35,420 bases of DNA from assembly GCF_006345805.1 (NCBI RefSeq), contig NW_021832034.1, positions 1 to 35,420 on the forward strand. The letters run 5' to 3'. The stretch comes from Octopus sinensis (lineage: Eukaryota). A program made the translations under genes and the position numbers. Below are positions 1 through 11,330 of the stretch, piece after piece; the stretch's first letter is position 1, and the number at the start of each line of letters is the position of its first letter. The notes beneath the pieces were generated by a model. It was not told where the DNA came from, made no database searches, and was given only the letters and a program-made list of their open reading frames with translations.

Positions 1-180
1 TTATATATATATATATATATACATATATGTAAGTCAGTGTATCTGTGTGGATGTGTGTGTATTTGTCATGTATGTATTACATTTATCAATGTGTGTGTGT
101 GTATGTGTGTGCATGTGTGTGTATGTACATATATATATATATATGTGTATATATATATTGATGCATTGGTACATGCTTAC
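1..180. repeat. Compound (TA)n/(TG)n microsatellite
   Basis: Visible dinucleotide runs. Confidence 0.9.
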
Positions 181-699
181 AGACTCTAAGTAACCATCAT
201 AATGGATGATTGCCGTTTCACTCTCATGTCAAAATCTCATCCTCTCCCAACACACCTAGCTCATTACTGTCTAGTCTGGGGCCAAAAAAACAAACAACCT
301 CACCCACATCCCTATGCATACACACACACACATACACACATATATGTGTGTGTGTGATGTGTACATATATATACATCTATCTACACATATGATATACATA
401 CCTATGCATCATGTACACATGTTTTACGCACACATACAAACAAAAGGAGACAACCAGACATATATCTCTTAGAAAATGAATGAATACTTTGGCTAACCAA
501 TATAGGTAGCAACAACAACAACATGTACTGCTACAACAACAAATAAAAGATATATAAATAAAAGAGCAAATTGTTGTCGTGATCAATACAACTTTATAAA
601 ATAAGGTTTATAACCTTGAACCTCCTCAAGCTGACATATGCCAAACATTGTAAAACTAGCCAACAACATCCCCGCTGCCATCATCAATAATTCACCCCA

Positions 700-1048
700 C
701 TCGTCACCACCACCACAACCACCACCACTACCACCACCACCATCATCAACATCACTACGACTGTCACAACCACTATTACAAATGGTATTGCCATCATCAT
801 CATGATCATCTTCATCAACACCACCAACACCGCCACCGCCACTGCCACCACCACCACCAACCACCACCACCACCCCACCACCACCACCACCACCACCACC
901 ACCACACCACCACCACCACCATTATCACAAACTGCCAATACCTTATCACCACCACTAATAACACTACTGCCATTATCATTACCATTCTCAGCAGCAGCAG
1001 CAGCACCACTTCTAAAATCAAAATCACTCTTATTTCCACCACCACCAT
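700..1048. repeat. (CAC/CAT/CAG)n trinucleotide low-complexity tract
   Basis: Runs of cac/cat/acc; source of the poly-T/H/V/G ORFs in the track. Confidence 0.9.
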
Positions 1049-1049
1049 A

Positions 1050-1117
1050 CGTATATATACATATATATATATACATATATACATATACATATATATATGT
1101 ATATAATATTATATAGT

Positions 1118-1186
<69 letters not shown>

Positions 1187-1190
1187 ATAT

Positions 1191-1231
<41 letters not shown>

Positions 1232-1250
1232 TATACATACATACATATAC

Positions 1251-1283
<33 letters not shown>

Positions 1284-1351
1284 CATACATACATACATAC
1301 ATATATATATAATATATATATATATTATATATATATATATATATGTATACA

Positions 1352-1402
<51 letters not shown>
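1050..1402. repeat. Long (TA)n microsatellite
   Basis: About 350 bp of interrupted TA repeats. Confidence 0.95.
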
Positions 1403-1404
<2 letters not shown>

Positions 1405-1414
1405 ATGATATGAT

Positions 1415-1574
1415 GGGCTTCTTTCAGTTTCCGTCTACCAAATCCACTCACAAGGCTTTGGTTGGACCAAGGCTATAGTATGCGACACTTGCCCAAGGTG
1501 CCACGCAGTGGTACTGAACCATGAACCATGCGGTTGAAAAACAAGCTTCTTACCACACAGCCACGCCCGTGCCT
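1415..1574 (-). mobile_element. tRNA-headed SINE, family A (5' half)
   Basis: Reverse complement matches the head and core of the copy at 26223 (GTGGCTGTGTGGTAAG...GCACCTTGGGCAAGTGTC...TGAGTGGATTTGGTAGACGGAAACTGAAAGAAGCCC). Confidence 0.9.
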
Positions 1575-1680
1575 GTGCAACTCAGCAGTCCAGCCAAAGT
1601 GACCAATACAATAATTGTGAAACTTTAAAAATAAAAAATGAGATCCAATTTATTTGACTCAACCCTTCAAGTCACTTTAG

Positions 1681-1749
1681 TTGACTAAATCCCTCAAGGC
1701 AGTGCTCCAGCATGGTCGCAATTTAATGGCTGAAAACAAGTAAAAGAGT
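1681..1749 (+). mobile_element. SINE 3' tail fragment (family A-like)
   Basis: GTGCTCCAGCATGGTCGCA...TGAAAACAAGTAAAAGAG matches the 3' end of the 26223-26639 SINE. Confidence 0.65.
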
Positions 1750-2130
1750 CAAAAAAATAACATCATGTCAACTTGCTTGTATGCAAGCTGACAAGAACCA
1801 TACCGTACTATCTTTAAAAAAAAAATAAGGATAAAAACATTTGATAATGTAGTACAACTTATACTGTGTCAAGGAGAAGGAGGGGGGGTGAAGACGTTGA
1901 ACTGGTCACAGTTTTAACACTTTTGATCAAAGGTTTGCTTGATCAAAGCTGACGTGGGGGTTAGGCATCATCAACAACAACAACAGCAATAACAGTAACA
2001 ACAACAACAACAACAACAGCAACAAATTTTCTTCATGCTTAGCCTTCACCACACCTCTACCACCGCCACCACCACCATGACTACAACCCATCAATACTCT
2101 GCCTCCACCTCCACCTCCTCTTTTCTTCAG

Positions 2131-2197
2131 TTCATTTTTCTGGAATCAACCAAACTGTTTGCCTATCTGTCCAACACAACATTTCTCTGTTGTCATG
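2131..2197 (+). other. Candidate 67-nt internal exon (unidentified)
   Basis: Pyrimidine tract CCTCCTCTTTTCTTCAG acceptor and ATG|GTACGT donor; all three frames open; no recognised homology. Confidence 0.2.
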
Positions 2198-2314
2198 GTA
2201 CGTCTTAACCATTAGATGCATACAGATGCCAAGATGCATACACACATACATGCACACGCTTGCACTTACACAAGCACTCACCCTTGCACAGCCCAACGCA
2301 CAGCAACACATCGC

Positions 2315-2349
<35 letters not shown>

Positions 2350-2683
2350 ATGCATTCATGTCAAGTCACACACATACACACACATCAAAACACTTCAACA
2401 TATGCAAACACACAGAGACCAACATATACACAGGCACCAACAGACACACATAGACACATAAACAAACCATCACACACATGCACACATAGACCAACACTCT
2501 CATATACCAACACAGCACAGCACCATCATAAGCATACATACACACATACACATACATATGCATCCACACCCCCCAGAAGAATGGCTAAAATGGAATGAAG
2601 AGGTGTCTTTAAGGTTTTACACATTATTCATCCCAGAAGGCTTTCCTCCCCCATTATCTCTCTTAGAAACCATGCTGTGTGTG

Positions 2684-2734
<51 letters not shown>

Positions 2735-3000
2735 GTGTGTCTGTTTCTCTGTATGTGTATGTATGTTGGTGGTTGGTCTTTTCATTTCTGTCTCAGATTC
2801 TTCTCCAAGGATTATTACATTTTGTCTTCCAGACATTCTCTAGTAAAAATATTTGAATGGCTTTGGATCAATGTGTCTATTTATGTATACACTCTAATGC
2901 ATGTATGTGTATATATGTATGTCACATGTATGTACATGCGTATATTGCATATATATTTGTCTCAGTATCTTTGTGTATGAATGAGTTTGAGTGAATGCAT

Positions 3001-3300
3001 CTTTCTTTATGTCCTTTTCAAGCCTAGCCAGGCTCATGGGCCCGGTTTCCTGGTTTCTGTGTTCCCCCCAGCTGGACGGTATGCCAGTCCATCTCAGTGT
3101 TACTCAAGAAATAGGAAGAGAGAGTAAGAGAAAGTTGTGGCGAAAGAGTGCAACAGGGGTCGCCACAACCCCTTGTCGGAGCCTCATGGAGCTTTTAGGT
3201 GTTTTCGCTCAATAAACACACAACGCCCGGTCTGGGAATCGAAACCGCGATCCTCCGACCGCGAGTCTGCTGCCCTAACCACTGGGCCACTGCGCCACCA
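3001..3300 (-). mobile_element. tRNA-headed SINE, family B2
   Basis: A-box TGGCCCAGTGG and B-box GGTTTCGATTCC on the minus strand; 13-bp target-site duplication TGAGTGAATGCAT at 2988-3000 and 3301-3313; 3' tail shared with the 3994-4265 copy. Confidence 0.9.
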
Positions 3301-3993
3301 TGAGTGAATGCATGTGTGTATGTATTTATCTGGGTGCATCTATTTTTCAGTGTGTTTTTGTGTGTGTATTTCTGTGGAATTTGTGTCCTCTCTTTCTTGT
3401 GTGTGCATGCATATGTTGTGTACATGAGCATTTTGTCTCTGTGTGCATGTGTTTATATCTGTGTATGTGTGTGTGCATATGCATCTGCATATCTGTATGT
3501 GTAATTGCCTGCTTATTTTGTGTTTATTCATCAGGGTGCTCATGCGTATGTGTGTGTGGGTCTATATATATTTTCCAGTGTTTGCTTGTGTGTCTGTGTG
3601 TCTGTGTGTATGTATGTATGAGTGTGGGTTAGTTTGTCTTTTTGTCAGTCTATTTTTCATTGTGGGCAATATTTGCTTGTTTCTTTGTGAGGGCATGTGT
3701 GTGTGTGTGTGCGTGTGTATATTTGTCTGTCTATTTGTTGGTCTATATTTCAGAGCGAACATGCATGTGTGTGTATTTTGTTCATATATTGATACCCACC
3801 TTTTTTTTATTAGTATTTGTATGTATTTATGTATGTGTAGGTGTGTGTTTGTTATCTTCAGTTTTCATTTTGTTCTCTGAAGCATTTCGTTTTTATGTGC
3901 AATGGTCAGCAATGTTGCTATTTGAAGTACTTGAGTCTTTCATATTTCTAATCATAACTACAATATTTAACTGTTGTACTTTAGTCTATCATA

Positions 3994-4265
3994 AAATTAA
4001 AAATAAATGCGCCCTTTTAAAGCCTAGCCAGGCTCATGGGCCCAGTTTCCTGGTTTCTATGGCGTATGTGTTCCCCAGCTGGACAGGATGCCAGTCCATC
4101 ACAGCATTACTCATTTTTGCCAGCTGAGTGGACTGGAGCAATGTGAAATGAAGTGTCTTGCTCAAGGACACAACGCATCTCCCGGTCCAGGAATCGAAAC
4201 CACAATCTTATGATCAAGTGATCATGATGCTGACACCCTAACCACTAAGCCACGCGCCTCCACTC
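3994..4265 (-). mobile_element. tRNA-headed SINE, family B1 (CORE/Meta-like central domain)
   Basis: Head GTGGAGGCGCGTGGCTTAGTGGTTAGGG, core GTTGTGTCCTTGAGCAAGACACTT...CCAGTCCACTCAGCTGG; flanked by AGTCTATCATA at 3983-3993 and 4266-4276. Confidence 0.9.
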
Positions 4266-4276
4266 AGTCTATCATA

Positions 4277-4737
4277 CTGGTTTCAAATTTTGGCTCAAGG
4301 CCAGCAATTTTAGAGTGGAGCTTAAGTCAATTCCATTGACCCCAGTAATCAACTGGTACTTATTTTATGATGGAGAGCTGGCAGAAACATTAGCACACCG
4401 GGCAAAATGCTTAGCGGTATTTCGTCTGCCGTTACATTGTGAGTTCAAATTCCGCCAAGGTCGACTTTGCCTTACATCCTTTTGGGGTCGATAAATTAAG
4501 TACCAGTTACGCACTGGGGTCGATGTAATCGACTTTAATACCTATGTCTGTCCTTGTTTGTCCCCTCTATGTTTAGCCCCTTGTGGGTAATAAAGAAATA
4601 GGTATTTATTTTATTGACACTGAAAGGATGAAAGGCAAAGTTGACCCAGGAGGAAATTGAACTCAGAACGTAAAGATGGATGAAATGTTGCTAAACACTT
4701 TGTCCAAGATGCTAAGGATTCTGCATGCTCAGTGTCT
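4277..4737 (-). mobile_element. Older family C SINE, split by the 4369-4600 insertion
   Basis: Minus strand reads GCAGAATCCTTAGCATC...TGAGTTCAATTTCC...GTCAACTTTGCCTTTCATCCTTTCAGTGTCAATAAAATA|AGTACCAGTTGATTACTGGGGTCAAT, continuous across the insert. Confidence 0.8.
4369..4600 (+). mobile_element. Family C SINE (Nin/Deu-like central domain)
   Basis: GGAGAGCTGGCAGAA...GAGTTCAAATTCC...GGTCGACTTTGCCTT.CATCCTTTTGGGGTCGATAAATTAAGTACCAG; 14-bp TSD GGTAYTTATTTTAT at 4355-4368 and 4601-4614 (1 mismatch). The domain name is by resemblance only. Confidence 0.85.
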
Positions 4738-5356
4738 TACTTCAGTTTATCATATTATTAGTCATAGCTACAATATTTAACTACTCTACTTCAGTCATAT
4801 ACATTACAAATTGTAATCCAATCACTATTGTATTTCACTTATTCATATGACTAGTTAGAAGACAATAACTGTTGCACTTTGAATTTTTATATTATTAGTC
4901 ATTACAATATTTAACTGTTTTACTTCAGTCTTTCATATTCTAAACCATAACACAAATGTTTAACTGCTGAACTTCAATCTTTTATAAGTCATAACGCATA
5001 GCAAATATTTAGCTGTTGTCTGTCTTATTATATTAACCTTATCACAATATTTAACTGTTCTAACACAATCTATCACATAGTCAGGTTCTTCCTAACAAAT
5101 CTCTCCAATCTGCCGTATTTTTTATTCTTATTGTTTTGCTATTCTTTTTCTTTGGTTTTTCTTTTAGGTTTGTGTTTGCTTTTTCAACTTTTCTCCTAAC
5201 TCCATTTCCTTTTAATTCCGATCTTCATTTTTTCCCTTTATCTTTCTTTCCATCAGTTTGTCATTCTTTCTTTCTCCTTGTTTTTTTTTCTCAATACACA
5301 CTCATACATACACACACATCTCTATGCAAGCACACATATATGCATATATATACAAT

Positions 5357-5508
5357 GGTCTTTCAGTTTCTGTCTACCTACCAAATCCACTTAAAAGCCT
5401 TTGGTCAGCACAGAGCTTTAGAAAACACTGACCCAAGATGCCATAACTGAAACTGTGGTTAGGAGCAAAAAGAAAAACCAATTTAACCACATGCCCATGC
5501 CTGCACCT
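5357..5508 (-). mobile_element. Degraded family A SINE
   Basis: TCTTTCAGTTTCTGTCTACC..CAAATCCACT...AACCACATGCCCATGCCTGCACC matches the reverse complement of the family A head. Confidence 0.7.
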
Positions 5509-5550
5509 CACATTTATATATGTGTGTGTAAGTGTATATAAATATATATA

Positions 5551-5790
5551 GCACGTAAAATGCACCAATCCGATCGTGGCCGTTGCCAGCCTCACCTGAC
5601 ACCTGTGCAGGTGGCACGTAAAAAGCACCCACTACACTCACGCAGTGGTTGGCGTTAGGAAGGGCATCCAGCTGTAGAAACATTGCCAGATCAGACTGGA
5701 GCCTGGTGCAGCCTTCTGGCTTCCCAGGTCCCCGGTCGAACCATCCAACCCATGCTAGCATGGAGAACGGAAGTTAAACAATGATGATGA

Positions 5791-5793
<3 letters not shown>
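5551..5793 (+). mobile_element. Family D: RTE (Expander/Rex3-like) 3' end or derived SINE
   Basis: GTGGTTGGCGTTAGGAAGGGCATCCAGCTGTAGAAAC...CCAACCCATGCTAGCATGGA...(GAT)n tail; six related copies in the window. Confidence 0.85.
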
Positions 5794-5845
<52 letters not shown>

Positions 5846-5904
5846 TAGATATATTTATATATGTATATATATATATGTATGTAGATATATATGTATAAAC
5901 CATA

Positions 5905-6250
5905 GCTGCACCCTTGTTATACGAGGAAAGCCATTGCCAAGAAGACTTACTGAAATGATTCATGATTGTTGCCATGTGAGGCCCTTATATGACTTTTAAG
6001 CCCAGCCAAAGTTTTACACATTTTATTACATACTGGACAACTGTTCAGCCTGGCAGGAGAATCAGGTGCCACCATATGCACTCTTTTAACATGTCTTTTC
6101 AGACCTCCAACTGAGAGGCACCCCCCACTTCCACATTTTACATATGTTCAGTTGTGAATTTTAATAGCCACATCACTGTTTGTCATGGGTCGATTTCTGT
6201 GAAATTTTTGATGGCTCACCAGGCCTGCACGACTCAAACACCTCCTCCCA
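5905..6250 (-). mobile_element. RTE-clade LINE 3' end with C2H2-type fingers (copy 1)
   Basis: Minus frame 6147 to 5947 reads TYVKCGSGGCLSVGGLKRHVKRVHMVAPDSPARLNSCPVCNKMCKTLAGLKSHIRASHGNNHESFQ*; stops and frameshift upstream; 3' UTR resembles 15790-15830. Confidence 0.75.
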
Positions 6251-6708
6251 CAAACCACACACACAAAAAGCAACACTCTCTCTTTCCACAGGTTCCCCCT
6301 TCAATATATATGTATATATATATATATATATACATACACACATGTATGTATGTGTATGTGTGAGTGTGAGTGTGTGTGAGTGTGTATGTAATATAAGAGT
6401 GCATAAAGATTTATAAATGGAGCAAAGACCCTTGACAGGACTTCTTAATTGGTGTGTATAATCACAAACACGCACACACACACTCACTCACACACACACA
6501 CACCACACACACCACACACACGATTAAAACCATATACTAATTTTCAGATATACTAAAATAGTAAGCAAATCAATACATATGTGTGCATGTATAAGTGTGT
6601 GTGTGTGTGTGTGTGGTGTGTGTGTGTGTGCAGCTTTTATTGGCCTTTATTCATCCTAATTCACACACACACCACACATCTATATATCTATCCACATAGT
6701 TGTACCAC

Positions 6709-6842
6709 AGAGTTACCAGGGTAAGACCAGGTTGGGAAATGTGCAATGAGCTTCTACTACTGATGTCAAAAAAACCTTTTCCTTAAGAATGAAGGGCAGA
6801 CTCTCTAATGGTTGTGTTAGAACTGCGATATTGAATGCTGGT
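6709..6842 (+). mobile_element. RTE-clade LINE ORF fragment downstream of RT (copy 1, frameshifted)
   Basis: RVTRVRPGWEMCNELLLLMS/KTFSLRMKGRLSNGCVRTAILNAG fits the RTE motif RVRxGWxxFRELxxLL...SLRxKGRLYxACVR; 1-nt deletion in the A run. Confidence 0.75.
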
Positions 6843-7213
6843 ATAATTATTACCATATCACAACCAAATCAAGCTGAAACTTAACAAGAGGGATCCGGGG
6901 ATGAGGATACAGCCATAATCATAGAGAAGACTTAAATGTCTTGCTTCTTGCTGTAATGCAACTCATAGAGAGATATTAACTCATTTCCTTGGACAGTCAA
7001 TTAATGTTTGACAGGCCCATCTGCCTACGACATATTGCATTCTACATGTGTGTGTGTGTGTATGCATGTGTACATATATATATTAACACCAGTATATTAA
7101 TGTATATCTCCTTGATTTGAAACAAGTTTCATAACTGCCAACACACAAAACCCTCAAACCATAAGTCACTCTGTAACTTCAGCTGGTTATTAATAAAATA
7201 AATGTATAAGCAT

Positions 7214-7247
<34 letters not shown>

Positions 7248-7329
7248 ATATATATATATATATATAAGATAGATATATTATATATGTATATATATATATA
7301 TGTATGTAGATATATATGTATAAACCATA

Positions 7330-7675
7330 GCTGCACCCTTGTTATACGAGGAAAGCCATTGCCAAGAAGACTTACTGAAATGATTCATGATTGTTGCCAT
7401 GTGAGGCCCTTATATGACTTTTAAGCCCAGCCAAAGTTTTACACATTTTATTACATACTGGACAACTGTTCAGCCTGGCAGGAGAATCAGGTGCCACCAT
7501 ATGCACTCTTTTAACATGTCTTTTCAGACCTCCAACTGAGAGGCACCCCCCACTTCCACATTTTACATATGTTCAGTTGTGAATTTTAATAGCCACATCA
7601 CTGTTTGTCATGGGTCGATTTCTGTGAAATTTTTGATGGCTCACCAGGCCTGCACGACTCAAACACCTCCTCCCA
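7330..7675 (-). mobile_element. RTE-clade LINE 3' end with C2H2-type fingers (copy 2)
   Basis: Duplicate of 5905-6250; stop codon at 7372-7374. Confidence 0.75.
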
Positions 7676-8014
7676 CAAACCACACACACAAAAAGCAACA
7701 CTCTCTCTTTCCACAGGTTCCCCCTTCAATATATATGTATATATATATATATATATACATACACACATGTATGTATGTGTATGTGTGAGTGTGAGTGTGT
7801 GTGAGTGTGTATGTAATATAAGAGTGCATAAAGATTTATAAATGGAGCAAAGACCCTTGACAGGACTTCTTAATTGGTGTGTATAATCACAAACACGCAC
7901 ACACACACTCACTCACACACACACACACACACTCACACACACCGATTAAAACCATATACTAATTTTCAGATATACTAAAATAGTAAGCAAATCAATACAT
8001 ATGTGTGCATGTAT

Positions 8015-8048
<34 letters not shown>

Positions 8049-8122
8049 CTTTTATTGGCCTTTATTCATCCTAATTCACACACACACACACATCTATATA
8101 TCTATCCACATAGTTGTACCAC

Positions 8123-8257
8123 AGAGTTACCAGGGTAAGACCAGGTTGGGAAATGTGCAATGAGCTTCTACTACTGATGTCAAGAAAAACCTTTTCCTTA
8201 AGAATGAAGGGCAGACTCTCTAATGGTTGTGTTAGAACTGCGATATTGAATGCTGGT
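8123..8257 (+). mobile_element. RTE-clade LINE ORF fragment (copy 2, frame intact)
   Basis: Part of ORF 8114-8299: RVTRVRPGWEMCNELLLLMSRKTFSLRMKGRLSNGCVRTAILNAG. Confidence 0.75.
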
Positions 8258-8626
8258 ATAATTATTACCATATCACAACCAAATCAAGCTGAAACTTAAC
8301 AAGAGGGATCCGGGGATGAGGATACAGCCATAATCATAGAGAAGACTTAAATGTCTTGCTTCTTGCTGTAATGCAACTCATAGAGAGATATTAACTCATT
8401 TCCTTGGACAGTCAATTAATGTTTGACAGGCCCATCTGCCTACGACATATTGCATTCTACATGTGTGTGTGTGTGTGTATGCATGTGTACATATATATAT
8501 TAACACCAGTATATTAATGTATATCTCCTTGATTTGAAACAAGTTTCATAACTGCCAACACACAAAACCCTCAAACCATAAGTCACTCTGTAACTTCAGC
8601 TGGTTATTAATAAAATAAATGTATAA

Positions 8627-8664
<38 letters not shown>

Positions 8665-8670
8665 ATATAT

Positions 8671-8724
8671 ATGTTTGTTTTCCACCTGCCTTCGTCTTTT
8701 GTTTATTTTCATAAAGCTTCCCGT
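8671..8724 (+). mobile_element. Short fragment related to the 10632-10784 Penelope-like terminus
   Basis: TGTTTGTTTTCCACCTGCCTTCGTCTTTTGTTT resembles TGTTGTTTATACACCTGTCTTTGTCTTTTGTTT near 10735-10768; followed by TA. Confidence 0.45.
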
Positions 8725-8971
8725 TATATATATATATGTATGTATGTATGTATGTATTACATTTATATTATATGATATGATATCATATTATATTACACAC
8801 ACACACAGAGTATATGTATATATTATATGCATTTATTATATACATATATAATATGTATATTATATATATATATATATATATATGTATGTACATGTATACT
8901 TATACACTTGCACATGCACATTTACACACACAACATATATATCCGTATATATATATGTATATAAATATATG

Positions 8972-9009
<38 letters not shown>

Positions 9010-9209
9010 TACATATATATATATACCTTCACACATACATATGGCTATATATATATTTGTGTACATATATGTATACATTTCTGTTCATCTCTTCACATTT
9101 GTGAAGGACTGTGTTTGCATCTCTGTACCTGCGTATGATGTGTCTGTATCGACTGCATCAATCAGTCTGTGTGTGTGAGAGAATTATATTAAATTAATGT
9201 TGATTTCAG

Positions 9210-9294
9210 ATTCTTGACAAACAACGAAGACCGACCACGCTTCATATCTGCTGCTGCCTTATGTCTGCCTCACCAGGGATGGGAAGAAGATTAA
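9210..9294 (+). CDS. Candidate terminal coding exon of an unidentified host gene
   Basis: TGTTGATTTCAG acceptor; phase-2 frame gives FLTNNEDRPRFISAAALCLPHQGWEED*; non-repetitive and CpG-containing, followed by non-repetitive UTR-like DNA; no homology recognised. Confidence 0.3.
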
Positions 9295-9740
9295 GATAAA
9301 TATAAGATGCTATAAATCTATTTTGTACATGTCTATGGGTCACAGACATGAAAAAATGTACCAGTTATTGAGAAAATAAGAGTTGACACGTTCAAGGATA
9401 CAGAGACTTTAATAATCACACGCAGTCCACTGTTTGCTATTTTGATTGGCATTTCATATCTGTTGTTGTTAATTCTATGCTGGACATTTTGTTATGAGTC
9501 TATAAGACGATAATAACTTTGTCCTTACACTCCATACTTTGCTTTCCTAGACGGTTGTGTGTCTCTTTCTCCATCTCTTCCCCTCTCCTTCTCTCTCTCT
9601 TTTTCTCTGTCTGTCTGTCTCTCTCTTTCTCTTTCCCCCTCTCTCTCTTCTTGCTCTGTTATTTCAGCCATGTCTGATGATTGTTGATTTTATTTCTCCA
9701 TTTTGGGCACATATCAAGCTATATATATAATATTAATTAT

Positions 9741-9800
<60 letters not shown>

Positions 9801-9899
9801 CTATCTATATATATCTATCTATATATATATACCTATCTATATATATGTATATATATATATATATATATTATATATTATACTATATATAATATATATAGA

Positions 9900-9953
<54 letters not shown>

Positions 9954-10149
9954 TTAATTAAATAAATATATATAGATAGATAGATAAATAGATAAGAGAC
10001 AGCAAAACAGGGGGAGATATAAATACACATACAAATGTATATATACATATATATGTGTGCATATATGTACACATACATACACACATGCACACACATACAC
10101 ATGCACATACATACATTCATTCATTTATGTGTGTACATGTGCATGTGTG

Positions 10150-10186
<37 letters not shown>

Positions 10187-10631
10187 TGAAAGGGGTTCTA
10201 TTAAGGTTTGAGGCATATCAAAGTGAAGCAGGCTACAGTTTCTGGCTAGACAGAACAACACAAATCAGTCAGTTAAGTAATCCATTATCATAGCACAGAA
10301 TGCATCAATGAAAAAGAAGTTTTCTGTTGTTTGATAATCTGCGATTCCAATAGAATCCAAAAGTATCCAGACATGAATAGAATCTTAAGTGTGGCATAAA
10401 AACATAATAAAACAGACAAATGAGTTATCTGGCTCTGCCACAACTCTTTCATTAAGAGCCCCTATTGTGGCATGAATACAGTAGTCAGGTATAGTCAGGC
10501 ACGTGTACACACAACATCCTTAAGATTATTAAATACATTATGCAACTCTCAACTCATTAGGCATACCATATATACAAGCAAGCAGTGACTTGCTGAGTAA
10601 CAGTGACTGCTAGCTTCAAAAGTTTTAAAAT

Positions 10632-10784
10632 TCTCTCTCTGTATATTTCTTCATGTTCCTTTCTGTTGAAGAGCATAGACTCGAAATGTAAAAGACTTTC
10701 TCACCTTCCCGAGTATTAAACTAATACACATGTATGTTGTTTATACACCTGTCTTTGTCTTTTGTTTTTCTGTAAATTTCAACT
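10632..10784 (+). mobile_element. Penelope-like element terminus with degenerate hammerhead-like motif
   Basis: CTTT-CTGTTGA-A-GAG(cataga)CTC-GAAATGTA-AAAG at 10659-10693 has hammerhead topology with core mismatches. Confidence 0.5.
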
Positions 10785-10785
10785 A

Positions 10786-10997
10786 CCAGCCTTGCTTGGC
10801 ACCTGTGCGGGTGGCACGTAAAAAGCACTCACTACACTCACGGAGTGGTTGTCGTTAGGAAGGGCATACAGCTGTAGAAACATTGCCAGATAAGACTGGA
10901 GCCTGGTGCAGCCTTCTGGCTTCCCAGATCCCCAGTCGAACCGTCCAACCCATGCTAGCATGGAGAACGGATGTTAAACGATGATGATGATGATGAT
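10786..10997 (+). mobile_element. Family D (RTE 3' end)
   Basis: Close match to 5551-5793; (GAT)n tail. Confidence 0.85.
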
Positions 10998-11190
10998 ATG
11001 TATATATGAATATATTATTGACATAAGAATTTATAAACTATAACTAATGCCATGTAGTAGTTGACATGATAAGAGATGTGGGTTCGTGTTTAACGGGCAG
11101 CCTTCAACTTTTCTTTCCAAAAGGGGTTTTCAATGACATTTACATGCTATTATCTATAGGTGTATATGTTTTGAAATCCAGTTCAATGAC

Positions 11191-11330
11191 CTTCTTTCAG
11201 TTAAAGTCTACCAAATTCACTCACATGCATTTGGTCAGTCTGAGACAATAGTAGAACACACTTGTCACAAGGTATGAAAGAGCAGGGCTGAACCTGGAAC
11301 CATGTGCTTTGGAAGCAAAATTCAAACCAT
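11191..11330 (-). mobile_element. Degraded family A SINE
   Basis: CTTCTTTCAGTT...TCTACCAAATTCACTCAC...ACACTTGTCACAAGG...GAACCTGGAACCATGTG. Confidence 0.65.

Larger units (their letters stand above)
3935..5075. repeat. Old degenerate minisatellite (about 50-60 bp unit), interrupted by SINEs
   Basis: The motif ACAATATTTAACTGTT..ACTTCAGTC..TCATA recurs near 3960, 4770, 4905, 4950, 5005 and 5045. Confidence 0.65.
5843..8630 (+). repeat. Direct tandem duplication, about 1.42 kb unit (5843-7213 and 7267-8630)
   Basis: ORFs at 6154/7579, 6173/7598 and 6180/7605 are identical, offset 1425; by eye the copies differ only by microsatellite-length changes and one missing G. Confidence 0.97.

Noticed and set aside
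3935-5075. Spaced repeats resembling a CRISPR array
   Set aside because: Eukaryotic context, highly degenerate units, irregular spacing and no cas genes; it is a minisatellite.
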